Assembly: GCF_018977255.1 (NCBI RefSeq)
Contig: NW_024704743.1
Span: 70,930,001-70,994,000, forward strand
Direction of reading: 5' to 3'
Origin: Callorhinchus milii
Taxonomy: Eukaryota
DNA: 64,000 nucleotides
The notes under the pieces are model-generated. The model was given only the letters and a program-made list of their open reading frames with translations, did no database searches and was not told where the DNA came from. Shown piece by piece: positions 33,601 to 46,588 of the stretch (position 1 is its first letter; each line of letters begins with the position of its first letter). Position numbers and translations under genes: made by a program.

Positions 33601-36600
33601 GTTCTAAAAACACATTGATCTAAAATATATTTCCCACTTGTATAGAAATACCAATCATTACAGTAGCTCTTATTCTGTATTTTTGACTAACAAGTATAGC
33701 TTTAGCTTTCCACAAGCAATTTCGCTGAAATTAAGAAACTGAGTCTGACGTATATTATGTATATAAAATTAGAAGCTGCAAGGTTAAGCAAGATTTCTGA
33801 TTTTTAAGGAATGTACAAATAGACAAAAGTTAATGGTTTAACTTAGTCAAGTGACTCAAGTCTCACAACTTTGAATATAATCCTAGTTTGGTATTATATA
33901 TAAATCTGCATGAATCAGTTTTATTTTTTACAGGTAGCAGTGTCTTTAAAAAATTTTTTGTTAGTTCTTAAAAGTGATGAAAGTCACCAGTGTAAACTGA
34001 TTGAAGATCCATATGCGTATTTGTTTCAGTTCTACTCTTTCAACTACTCCTTTGCACACAAATAGTCAATTCACTTTAGTTTATTCTGTAATGTGCTTTG
34101 AGATGTTTCGAAGACGTGATAAGGTGCTATATCAAACACAAGGATTATTATGATTACGCGTGTATTAAAACTACTCTGAAGTGTAAGAGCAGCAAATGGA
34201 TGGAGGTAGTGCTAGTGAAGATAGTTTATCCCCTTTATAACCAGGGAGTTGGTGTCCATAAGATTCCAACCCACGGTATTACAATGTACGATCACCAGCA
34301 GCCCTTTTATGGTGTGATGTAACTGATCACATGGCAAATGACAGGTGTGCAGAACGCTACTGGTGTTTTGGTGCAAAAATTGACGGTCCTTAATCTGCAA
34401 GAGCTTCACGGATAATTGTTGAATTGCAACTGGAAACAAGGCATTGATTTTGAAGACTCGCTTGGACTGGGAGCAAATATTTGGTAGGCCACTTCTGTCC
34501 TGTGAGCCAGGACAGATATCTACATATACTCAGTGTCCTGGCCAACAAGATAACAAATTGTCATTCATAGAACCGTAGAAATTTATATCACAGAAGAACA
34601 ACAACAACAACACGATTCCATTTATAAAGCGCCTTTCACGTCAGGAGGACGTCCCAAGGCGCTGCACAGTTGGGTCATGACCCGAGCAGGGGGGAAATGG
34701 TCAGGGTGAGGGGAGGGAAGGGAGGGAGCGAGGAGGGGGGAAATGGTCAGGGGGAGGGGAGGGGAGGGAGGGAGCGAGGAGGGGGAAGAGAGTCGAGAGG
34801 GGAGAAGACCAGTTAGCTCATTGTGTCTGCTTTTAAAGAGCAAAGCATTCAAGTCCCTTTTTCCTCATACCCCTGTAGTTTACTCCTTTTTGGGTATTTA
34901 TCTTGTTCCCTTGAAAGCTAATTTCTGATGCGCACAAATTGGCTGCCATGTTTAGTTACAAATAGTCACTACACTTTACAGTAAATTCTGTGAAGGCTTT
35001 GAGACATCTCAATGAGGCTATATTAAATGGAAGAATTATATTATATCCTCGATTTCCAGTTATTTATAGATATACACAGTAGTTTTGCTCCGAGATGCGA
35101 CCCCACATGAAGGGCGCAATATAAATGCAAGTTGTTGTTATTTTTGTATTTACTATTCACTTGTCTATTATTTCTTTGCAGGACACTTTTGCACGAGCCA
35201 AGAACTGGGTTAAGGAACTTCAGAGGCAAGCAAGCCCTAACATAGTAATAGCTTTAGCAGGGAACAAGGCTGATCTGGCAAACAAGAGAGCAGTAGAATT
35301 CCAGGTATGTAAAGGAATAGAGAAATTATTTTTCTAGTTCCTGAGTATTTTTTTTAAAATCTGTTTAAGCTCCATCTTAAAACGATTTTTTAAATATTTC
35401 TATACAATTATATGTATTTTTTTCCATACATATTTGGGAAGCTCCAGAGTTGTATCAGCATGGCTTTGTTAGGGAGGAACTGTTGGTTCCTGCTCCCGAT
35501 TGCTGTCCAGTGGCCTCCACTTGCAATAAAAGTTAACATGTCTGGTCCAGCAGGGCCAGGCTTTTGTTTTAAGACTACTCTTCCAGTGGTTGAATAGCCT
35601 ACTGACATTTGTGGTACAAAGAATGGTTACTTGGATGAGATATTGGATATTTTTGCAGGTGCTGTGAAACTGTACCCAAGCACTAATTGTTACCATGAAA
35701 GGAGAGAGGTGAAGGTTAAAAATTTAAGGAACAATATGGAAAGATCTATTTCCCTATACTAATATATACATTTCCCAACCTAAACACCCTTCTAGTATTG
35801 GATATCCTTTGTAATGTATATTTTTTGATGCCTACAAGAATGACCTCATGTTCTTTTTTCTTGTAAGCTTTACTAAACGTTCATGTAGTGCATAATACAC
35901 AAAGAAATGTTTGTTCTGTGGCAGAAAAACTGGATGCATTCCAACCATGTATTTTCTAAAGCATACAAGAATGTTTGCTGTAGCTTCACTTACAGACTAA
36001 GAAAAGTTCTTTCTAACAAATTGATCCTTTGCAGGAAGCACAGTCTTATTCAGATGACAACAGTTTACTATTCATGGAGACATCTGCAAAGACCTCAATG
36101 AATGTGAATGAAATATTTTTGGCAATAGGTAAGCTTTATAAAATCAATTGATAATCCAATACAGTATAACTCGTACAAGAGTAATTAGAAGTGAAACCTG
36201 GACATAGTGCCAGAATAACTAAGGGGTATAAAGTTATATAGCAACCATACACTTTAGTGACTTTTAAGGTACTTGTGTAGCCAGACCACACCCTAGCTGT
36301 TGGGAGTTTAGCTTATTGTGTTGAGCACTTGTCAACAAGTGTACAGCTTCAAACCCAGAGGATGGCACTATTCTGCTGTTATCTCTACCCCCAACCACAT
36401 ACACATTCTGACTAGGCTACACGCTGAAATGTATGTGCACATATACATTCTGTAGCTGAAGTTTTATTGTGGAATTTTTCACGGTAAAATAAAGTTACTG
36501 ACTGTTGGCTCCCTTCAGCCTTCCACAGATGCCTCCAGCCCCCACCAAATATAATTGGAAATGCATCTTACTTGTATTCTGTTTATAATGATATATTAGG

Positions 36601-37035
36601 GAAATATGTGGAGTTGCATTAAGCCGACATCCTGCCAGCCTATTGAAGTTGCCAGGAAAGATAGCATGACCTTATTTGAAAAGTGAATGCAATTTGAGTA
36701 TACTGGCCAACAATCCAGATGAATTGGTTATTCATCTCATGAATGACTAAGGGCTGGTGCAATGATTGCTACTAAAAGTAACTTCTTTGAAAATTGGAAT
36801 GCAATCAAATTTTAAATATTTTTCCATAATTTAACAAGAAATTTAAGCATGCATATTTGCAGTGGTTTTGTATAGTACTTGTAATTCTAGATTTTTAATA
36901 TCTGCCATGATACTTACAGCAAAGAAACTGCCCAAGAGTGAGCCTCAGAATGCAGGACTAAACAGTGCCCGAAGCAGAGGAGTAGATCTTCATGAGCCCA
37001 CCCAACAGACGAAGAGCCAGTGCTGTAGTACCTAG
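30458..37035 (+). CDS. RAB5A: Ras-related protein Rab-5 (RAB5A by synteny), 216 aa
   Basis: join(30458-30623, 33406-33557, 35182-35304, 36035-36128, 36920-37035) = 651 nt. GESAVGKS P-loop, IGAAF switch [18 protein letters not shown]-terminal CCST. Lies between EFHB and PP2D1. Confidence 0.93.
30763..31412. mobile_element. Head-to-head SINE pair (30763-31068 minus, 31113-31412 plus)
   Basis: Two family copies in opposite orientation, ~45 bp apart. Confidence 0.82.
31425..31926. mobile_element. ~500-bp palindromic MITE-like element with TTAA at both ends
   Basis: TTAACCTGCAAGCCAA...TTGGCTTGCAGGGTTAA termini and long imperfect inverted arms; related pieces at ~57655, ~58090 and ~58865. Confidence 0.6.
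33406..33557 (+). CDS. RAB5A: RAB5A coding exon 2 ([11 protein letters not shown]...YDITND)
   Basis: TAG acceptor, GTAAGT donor, 152 nt. Confidence 0.95.
35182..35304 (+). CDS. RAB5A: RAB5A coding exon 3 (DTFARAK...AVEFQ)
   Basis: TTTGCAG acceptor, GTATGT donor, 123 nt. Confidence 0.95.
36035..36128 (+). CDS. RAB5A: RAB5A coding exon 4 ([20 protein letters not shown]...AI)
   Basis: TTTGCAG acceptor, GTAAGC donor, 94 nt. Confidence 0.95.
36920..37035 (+). CDS. RAB5A: RAB5A last coding exon ([10 protein letters not shown]...QCCST*)
   Basis: TACAG acceptor; TAG at 37033-37035; di-cysteine prenylation motif. Confidence 0.95.
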
Positions 37036-38240
37036 AGCTGTTTCTACTGTGACTCCATCTCTTAGTATACACTTCACTGCTGCTTTTGTAATGGGAGCAA
37101 ACAGGTGTTAACACAAGACCTTTGTCACTTCCAAACCTCAGAGTGGAAAGCATATAGTTGTTTCTAATACAAGATATATGTCTTCAGACCTTTTTAAATG
37201 CAAAACATTTTTTCTCAGTTGGTAGATGCATGCATCATTCATCAGAAGGCTTGAAATTTGTTTGCCTTCTGTAGGTACAAACTAAAATCTCATGAAACCT
37301 TAAAGCCTGCTTAAATTAGTGTTCAGTTTAATGCAACTTGCAAACTATTCTCATCAATCTGGCTACCGTCCAGTTGTTAATTGTAAGCAGTAACATTCTG
37401 CTTATTGCTCCTTCAAAAGGTAATTTTATTAGATGTACAGTATATATAATTAAAACCAACTTTAGCTAACATAATTGAAATATTTAAAATGTTTTGCTCC
37501 ATTATGAATTTGGTCTGCAGAGTACAATTAGGGTGGAATTGAACTCCATTTTAGCAGGTCATTGTGTAAAACCACGCCTTGCACTAACTTTCCTCATGTA
37601 TATTTTCTCACATCATTACTTTGAGATTACTGGATCCATATGTTGTATATAGGGTATTATGACTTGGTCTGTATTTACATGTACGTTTATGGGACTGCTC
37701 CTGTAGAAAAGCTGCATTCAAAAAATCATATTAAAACTAAACTAATTGAAGCAGATCACATGATCTGCTATAGAGGGTTATAAGTACTTTATAATTATGA
37801 TATAAATGACCTAGGGCACTCTAAAAATGTATGTAGTATAAGTAATGACCATGTATTCAATATTTTTCAACAACTTACCAAGTGTTTTTGTTATAGTAAA
37901 ATGTTTACAAATTGAAATGCATCATATTTGTAGTTAGGTTTGCAGAAAGGTGAATTATCAGACAATAAACCAATAGCACAAAAAGTTTACAGTGGCTGCA
38001 TTAAAGTGAAGTGTTTTGGAGGAGAAAGGCGAAATGGACTTAACAATGGTGAGATAGTTAGTAAATAAGATCAACAAAAAGCGTAACCTTTACCTGATGT
38101 AAACTATTCCTCCTCTGGCTCAATCCATGTTAATGCAGTATATCAGAACTAAAATGTAACCATTGCAAGTTTTGTATTTATTCACCTGTTAGAGATTAAA
38201 GGTCTAATCAATTTCCTAAAATATACCTGTAAATAAATAT
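37036..38240 (+). other. RAB5A: RAB5A AT-rich 3'UTR with candidate polyadenylation signals
   Basis: Repeat-free stretch after the stop; AATAAA at 37964 and ~38232; true end unknown. Confidence 0.5.
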
Positions 38241-38482
38241 ATTCAAAATGTTGGTGTTAAATCATTTTGACAACTTATGGATTAGAATGCATTAAATATC
38301 TCAAAACAACCTTGGCTCATTTTCAAATTATATGACACAAAGCAATGCAGTTAGAATAGTATATTACTGAATCAGTTTCCTAATGGCTACAGTTCCAAAA
38401 CTTACATATTAAAATTTAAATCCCTTTTGCAGAATCTTTATATGAAAATCTTTTTTGTATCGGTGGTGTTATCGTCGTAAAG

Positions 38483-38761
38483 TAGTAATAATCCTTGCAT
38501 TTGATATAGCACTTTTCACGTCTTCTAGACGTCTCAAAGTGCTTCATAGAATATACTGTAAAGTGAATTGACTATATATGTGAGCGATACGCAGCAGCCA
38601 ATTGTGCACAGCAATGTCCCACAAACAGTCGTGGATTGAAGTGACTAATTTATTATTGATTTTGTTTTTTCTTGAGGGATTATTATCAGGTGTGTGGGGG
38701 AATTGAATCCAGGTCTTGCTTGTGAGGCGAGTGCTCTAACCACTGAGCTACAGGACTCCAC
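38483..38761 (-). mobile_element. tRNA-headed SINE
   Basis: Same family, with an internal deletion. Confidence 0.82.
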
Positions 38762-39219
38762 GTGGATCTGTAATAAAAACCTGACCAGGCATAGATTTTT
38801 TCAGGTTGAGGTTACACTAGTCATTGATGCTGTGCTAGTTTCCTTAAACCCTTATGTTTAATATCATTGTAAGACAAAAATAAAGAAATATCAGCCACCT
38901 TCAAAGCACCAGGCTGATCTACAGTTTTGTGTGGGTGAAACTTCCAGCAGGAGCAGGGACACTTGCAGTACTATCATTTGAGGTCCTGTGGTTCTTTGTA
39001 ACAATTTTCTGAACTAATTATCAATAGCAGGCATATATAAGAAAACTTATGAACAGCCATCATTTATAATCATTGTATAACTTCCAATCACTTGGACTAG
39101 GCACGTATAGCCATCATAGCAGAGGGCCAACAATAACACTATATCATATGTGGTCATATTGAGGTTTTAAGATGCATATTGTAGAAATTGTGTGTAAAAG
39201 AGAATTACCTAATTAAAAC

Positions 39220-40040
39220 AACCAATTACACATGTATAGCGCCCTTCATGTCGGAAAGATGTGCCTGGGAGCTGGACCCGACCTGAGAGTTGCGGTCAGA
39301 AGGGAAGGAGGGTAGGGGGGTGGCCAAAGGCACTATTGAAAAGAAAGGTCTTCAGACGGGACTTTAAGGAGGTAAGGCGGGGTGAGGTTGAGGGATAGAG
39401 TTCCAGTGTGGGGGCAGAGATGCCCGAAATGGTGGGGCGGGAAGTGCAGGGACCTGAAGCAGGCTGGTGTCTGCCGAGCTGAGGGAGCGGACAGGCTGAT
39501 ATGGGGTTATGACATCGGAGAGGTAGGGTGGAGCAAATCTATGGAGGGCCTTGAAGGTAACAATACAAATTACACTAGTAAAGCGCCTTTCATGTCAGCA
39601 GGACATCCCAAGGTGCTGGACAGTCGGGGATTAGGACTCGAGCTGTGGGGGTTGGGATCAGGGAAGGTGGAGTTCGGAGAGGGTCGGAGGGTGGCCGAAG
39701 GCATGGTCGAAGAGGAGGATTTTAAGGTGTGCCTTGAAGGAGGTGAGGGAGTGAGGCAAAGGGAATGTGGGATGGAGTGCCAGAGAGTGGGGGCACAGAG
39801 GCTGAAGACCCAACCAATGGTGAGGTGGACAGGGAACATGGAGCAGGCCATAGCCTGCGGAGGGAAGGGACAGGTTGATAAGGGGTTAGCAGGTCGGAGA
39901 GATAGGAGGTGGCAAGACCATGGAGGGCTTTGAAGGTGAGGATGAGAATTTTGAACTCGATCCTCTGAGGGAGGGGGAGCCAGTGAAGCTGGGTGAGGGT
40001 AGGTGTGATGGGGTCATGGAGCCTGGTGTGGGAGGGGACA
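39220..40040 (-). mobile_element. Two adjacent L2 3' fragments
   Basis: Repeated L2 C-terminal/3'UTR sequence (APTLWHSIP), tails near 39225 and 39565. Confidence 0.75.
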
Positions 40041-41519
40041 CGAGCTATGAATAATCTGCAACTTGTGGAGAGAAAAGTCGAGAAGTCCAGTGAGCATAGT
40101 CAAGCTGGGATGTAATGTAATGAAAGTGGATCATTTCATTAAAACCATGAAAAGAAATTCAGGCTTGCACCTAGCCAGCAAATTTGCAAGTTGGGCACCA
40201 TGGTTATACTTCTCCCATCCCATATTTTTTAAAACAAAATTGCAGTAACATTCAGTATAACTGCAGGATGGTTGAGAGAGGGTGGCATAATTGCTGTGTG
40301 TTACATAATTATCCACCCTTTATACAATTGGTAAAGGGGATTCACTGAGAAAACCAGCAATGGGTTCTTGTAGACTGGCCAGAATCTGTAATTTTCTTTT
40401 ACTTTGCCTAAGGCTCCAGCTTAAATTCTTTCACTTTTTCCAATTCTCATCTCTGATTGATGTTTACATATTGAAAAAAAACGAGATGTTAGAACTAGCT
40501 AAGCTTCTGTAAGATCTCAAAGGTCTACCATAAAAAGCACTTGCGAGTCACTGATGTGAGAACAAGTCTTGTGGTGTATGAGACAAAGCTGCAGCTACCG
40601 GAGGTTGTTCAAATCCTGTGCTCTGCTCAGTTTTGTGGTCCTCGCTGAGGTTTGGTCTCAGCTGGGTTGCATATAAGGCTAAACTAGCCTCATCCTTTCT
40701 GGGGTTCGTGCTATTGCTCATTCTCCTGGTTGTGCATGTGTGTGACAGCTGGATGAGGGAAGGTCAAACTTGCCCTCTACAGTCAGGTGGTTAGTTTATA
40801 CTGACAAACTCATACATGAACAACGGCCACTTGGATGGGGTATTCCAGGTTATGAAGCACTTGTCAAACTGCATCCCAACAAAAGATCAAACCAAAAGAG
40901 ATGTTGGCATTGGGGAGAAAATTTGCCACATTAAATGTATACAAAAGAATCACTGACTTTAAAGCCTACCTTTCTATATTTGCTATTAACAATCTAACCT
41001 GAGGATTTGTATTTCAAAATTTGAAATGGTCATTGCCTCTAGAAAAAATGAAAAATCCTGTCTATAAATAACTAAATACTTCACCTGATTCATAATTAAT
41101 CTTGATCTGCACACTTTAAAGTTAATGTAAACTGGTATTCATGAAGCTGTGATTATTAGAAGCAAATGTGTTGCTATGTAAAGTCTTTAATAGATGATGT
41201 CTGGCATTTTGGGTACATAAAAGTGATAAAGGTGCAAGGTTTCAATGTTCCTGATGATGTATTTTCTGTAACCAGAAGTAAACCTCAAATTGCTAAATGA
41301 AGCTTCATCTTAAAGACTTGAGGATTGAGGCTATAAAGTGTAAGAGTAGCATTTTTCTGTAATTTAATATAATAATAATAAACCTTGCATTTGACATAGC
41401 GCTTTTCACAACAGCAAGATGTCTCAAAGCGCTTCACAGAATATACTGTAAAGTGAATTGACTATATTTGTGGACGAAACGCAGCAGCCAATTGCGCACA
41501 GCAGTGTCCAATAAACAAC

Positions 41520-43025
41520 AACAAAATTACATTTGTAAAGGGCCTTTCACATTGGAGGGATCCCAAGACGCTGGACAAACAAGAGTGATGGACCCGAGCT
41601 GGGGTTCGGGGTAGGGGAAGGTGGAGGGGGTGGGGGAAGGTGGAGGGCGGGGGGGGAAGCAGGGGGAAGCACGGTCGAAGAGGAAGGTCTTGAGATGGGT
41701 CTTAAAGGTAGCAAGGGAGGGGCCGAGGCGGAAGGACTGTGGGATGGAGTTCCAGAGGTGGGGGTGGAGTGGCTGAAGACCTGCCCACCAATAGTGGGCC
41801 GAGCAAGGCGGGGGACATGAAGCAGCCCGGAGCCCGCTGAGCGGAGGGAGCGAACAGGATGGTAGGGGTTTAGGAGGTCGCAGAGGTAGGGGGGAGCAAG
41901 ACCCATGGAGGGCTTTGAAGGTGAGGACTAAAGTCTTGAACTGTATCCTGTGTGATAGGAATCCAGTGGAGTCGGGCGAGGATGGAGGTGACAGGGTTGC
42001 GGAGGCTAGTGCGGGAGAGGACACGGATGATCTGCAGCTTGTGAAGGGAGAAGTTGGGGAGGCCGACAAGCAATGAGTTTACATAGTCGAGCCTCGATGT
42101 AATGAAGACATGTATGAGGGTTTTGGTGGCCTGCGGTGTGAGACAGTGGTGGAGCCGGGCGATGTTGCGGATGTAGGGTCAGGCAGAGCGGATCATGGCA
42201 CAGGTGGGGTAGAAAGAATAGTTGAGAGTCAAACGAGACCCCAAGGTTCCGGACTGGCTTAGTAAAGCGGAGTGTGCAACCATGGATCGTGATGCTGTCA
42301 GCGCTTGAGGTGAGGAGGCGCTGACGGAGCCAATCAGGAGAGCCTCGGTCTGGTTGATGTTCAACTGAAGAAAGTTAGCTCTCATCCAGGACTTGATGAC
42401 TGACAGACCAGCTGTGGTCCTGGAGTCAAGGGTGGAGGCAGAGAGATAGAGTTGGGTGTCATCCACATACATGTGGAAGTTGACCCCATGTCTGCGGATG
42501 ATGTCACCGAGAGGAAGCATATAGATATTGAAGAAGAGGGGACCACGGACAGAGCCCTGAGGAATGCCACAAGAGAAGATCCAGGGGCTAGAGGAGAAGC
42601 CGTTTGTGGCGATGAAGTGCAGGCGGTGTGAGAGGTACGATCTGAACCAGTCAAGGACAGTGGCGTTGAGGTGAGAGGAGAGGTGGTGGATGAGGATAGA
42701 GTGATTGACTGTGTTGAAAGCAGCAGAGAGGCCAAGTAGGATGAGGAGGCAGAGGGAGCCCTGGTCGCAGATGGAGAGAATGTCATTTGTCACTTTGACC
42801 AGGGCTGTTTCTGTGCTGTGGGCGGCATGGAAACCCGATAGGAGGGGTTCGAGAAGGGAGTGGCGGGAGAGGAAGGAACAAAGCTGAGAAGCAACAACTC
42901 GTTCCAGGACCTTTGGAGAGGAAGGGGAGGTTAGAGATGAGGCGGTAGTTAAGGAGTAGAGAAGGGTCCAGAGAGGGAATTTTAAGGATAGGAGTGATGA
43001 CAGCGGTTTTTTATGGGGTGGGAAC
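41520..43025 (-). mobile_element. L2-clade LINE fragment
   Basis: LSAAFNTVNHSIL, GIPQGSVRGPLFF, YVDDTQLY; (GTT)n tail near 41515-41525. Confidence 0.9.
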
Positions 43026-44804
43026 AGTAGTGGATTGAGTGACCAAATTAATTTTATCTTTTTTTAAAAGGATCATTATTCCCAGAAAAGCAATCCACCA
43101 ATTGACTAACAACCGGATTCCTAGTTACTGCTAGGTAAACAGAGGCCTGGGGAGTAAGGAAACTTTCCCAACATTGCACCCTTCCAGGAATCGAACCCAG
43201 GTCTCTTGCTTACAGGTGATTGCTCTGAGCTACAGGAATCCACGAGTTATGACTTTGAAACAAAACCTTTCATGGTCACAATTGACTGAGGTGGATATAA
43301 GCTGAAATGTTTAATTTTCAAACCTGAATACACTCCTGTTTTCCTTCAGACAAATATTGTGATTAAGAAAAAGTTATTTCTTAACAGATTTGAGAGAATA
43401 ATTATCTCTTCAAAACTGTTAAGAAAATTAAATGGATAATTACAGAAGTTTGCCGCCACACTATACAACTCCATCCCGGAGTCCCTCCACCTTGCCCTTC
43501 CCTCACCTCCTTCAAGGTCTGTCTCAATATCTTCCTCTTTGACTGTGCCTTCAGTCATCTTTCCCCCACCGCCCTTAGCCCCAATCACCTCCACTCTCCA
43601 AATCCAACTCCCAGCTCAGGTTCAAACCTTCAACGATCCAGTGCTGCTGCTGACTCCAAACTTTCTGTAAGACAGTATAAATAGATTGCTTGCCTCTACC
43701 TTCACGGCTATGGAATGTCACATCATTTTGGGAGGAAGAAATCTTGTACCTGTACATGTTTTTGCCAAGACTGCTTTTTAGTGTTCTGCACATGCTTCTT
43801 AATGTTCAATTTTGAAACAAATTCCTTTTAAAGTTTAGAGAGTGAATATGGGCTATTCACTATGGGGAGAGGTCATCACAATCAAATCCAGTCATAGTGC
43901 TTGCTGAAGATGATAATAATAATCATGGATTTGCTACAGCCACTTTCACATGAGGATGATGTCTCAAAGCACTTCACAGGATTTTCTATACAATTTAGTA
44001 ATGATTATTTTGTAGGTGAACATGGTAAACAATTTGCACACAGCAATGTCCCACAGAGCTAAATTACCCTTTTTTTAGTCTTGAGAATTGTTGACCAGGA
44101 CACCTGGAGAAACTCCCTTCTCATTTCGAAAAGTGCCACGGGATCTTTAACATCCACCTGAATAGGCAGGCGGGACCTTAGATTATCAACCCATCTGTAA
44201 ATCGGTAGCTCCGACAACGCGTTGAAGTGTCAGCGTAAGGCATGATGAGTTCCAAATTCCAACGTGAATCCACAACCGTCTGACTCAGGCGATAGTGCTA
44301 CTAAATGAGCCAGGCCGCCGTGGTGAATAATTCATAATTAACAAAATAATTAACGTTAACAGTATGAGATATTTTTACATCTAAAGTCCTACAACACAAA
44401 CCACACTTTCTAAAACCACACAGAAGAGTAAATACTGGGGTAATATTTTCTCCTCCGTAAATCCATGTACACTTAGAGCAATTCAGGAATCAACACTCCG
44501 TTCTCCAATGAGATCAGGTTATTCAATATGGTTAAGGCTTCAAACCTAGCATCATCTTATATATGGTTCAGCATACTCATTTAGTTTCTAATGGATATTC
44601 CTGTGTTTTACAATGTAAAAATGAATAAACAGAAAAACCTATGCAGTGTTTTAGTTGCATGTTTAAAAACTGTTTTTTAAATTAAACAATATTTTATCAC
44701 GTTTGATTATACTGAGCTATATATTGAGTTGAAGTGACTTTCAAACATACCATTTGACAAGCAGTTGAACAAATGTTATGCCAGATGGGCCCCAATGGTC
44801 TTTT

Positions 44805-46588
44805 TCAGTCCTGTACATCTCTATCTTCCATTGTGGCTTCAGTAAAATATGCCTTTTCGCATCCAGGAAACAACAGCATGAGTACTGATATGTTTTCATG
44901 AGATCCTGCTTCTTTTGCAGCCTGAACTAATCTTTTGCTGATCAAATTTGCCATAATTTCATACCATTTTTGTTTTGTTATTTTAGGTGTTGGCTTACCC
45001 TTAAGATTCATATTTTCCCACCCAGTCACAGTACGAGGCTCTTCATTCAGCTGTTCAACATCACTTTTTTCGGCAGATGGTGTTTCTGATGCCAACAATA
45101 CCGATTCTTGTAGATTATTTGATTCTTTGGTTATATCCTCTCCACTATCATTGTGAATAGATTCCTCATTTGGAGAAAGTTCTACAAATTCTTGGTCCGT
45201 AAACATCATGATGTTACTGGGTTCCTTATCAGGTGAAAGCTCTTCAGTGGACTGTTTAATAGATGTCCCACCATCACTGTGTTCCTCTTGTATGGAATGT
45301 TTCTTAAGTATCTTGGTATCATTTGGTTGCTCTCTGGGTGAGAGTTCTGTAGCAGAATGCCTCACAGATGCCTTGTTATCTGCATGTTTCTCACTGGGTA
45401 ACACCTCCTCAGTGGAATGTTTCATAGGTGTCCCGGTATCTTTACCTTCCTCTCTGGATGATAACCTGGAAAAATGTTCCACAGATATCAAATTGTCCTG
45501 TTCCTCAATAGCAGCATTCATAGGTAATCTATTCTCATCTATTTTGTCTTCTTCCTTTCCTGGCAACAATTTGGAATACGACACAGATGGGTGCTTATCC
45601 TTGCTGGGTGAAAGCTCCTTGGTAGACTGGTCTACAGATGTATTTTTATCATTTTCTTCATTTGCTGGTGCTTCCACTGTAGAAGCAGCCTCAGCTGACC
45701 TATTATCATTGCCTTCTAATTTTGTTGAAAGTTCCTTGTCAAAATCTTCCACTGACGTCCTGTTATTATGTTCCTTGGTGTTTAAAACCCCCAAAGTAGA
45801 GTGTTTCTCAGGTACGCTGATTTCACTTTGTTCCTGAATTGGCGAAATCTCCTTCGATGTTATAAAGTGATTTTGTTCTTGGTTTGGTGAAAGCAGATAA
45901 ATAGATTCATCTGTAGATATCCTGCTTGTTGTCCTACTTTTTTCTATATCTTGTAAAAAGCCAATTAAGCGTTCCATGATTGGCCTGTCATCATTTTCAT
46001 CCTTTTTTTCCATAAGCTCATGCAATATACTTTCCACACTCAAGTCAAGGTCAGAGTATTGATCATATGTTGAAAGCTCCTCAAGTAAACGTTCAACAGA
46101 TTCAAACTCTTCCTCATTTATTGAAAGTTGTTGAAGTAAATCTTCCTTGGTTGACGGATCAACATCATTTTCTAAATATCTGTTAAGTATTGAATCCACT
46201 GATAAACTAATGTAAATCTCTTGAGAAGCTGCCTCAAAAGATCCTGAGTAAAAAGAAAGCACTTGCAATGAAATTGAAATAACTTGTTGTATAGACAGCA
46301 CTTTCCAAAATCCACCTGAAGCAAGAATAAGAAACTGACAGGAAGGATCAATGGGGACAGAGGCAGTATAGGGAAATGGTATAATACATTTTTTTAACAT
46401 TTCGTCTCCAAGGTATCCAAGTCCCCGTGTTGTTTGTATACGTCCATCCACCAGCCCATATTTTTTATTTTTACTGATTTGTCCACCAGTCTGAAGAATA
46501 CGCTTTCGTTCATTAGAGTTTGATGTATCATGCTTTTCAGTTAAACGGTAGCCTTTTCCATTTTTGCACAAGACAATTTGTACATCAC
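44805..46588 (-). CDS. PP2D1: PP2D1 exon 2 (C-terminal half with long acidic insert)
   Basis: Within ORF 44805-46616; CTTACTGCAG acceptor; TGA at 44805-44807. Confidence 0.88.

Noticed and set aside
45208..45837. 209-aa Ser-rich plus-strand ORF
   Set aside because: Antisense frame of the repetitive PP2D1 insert
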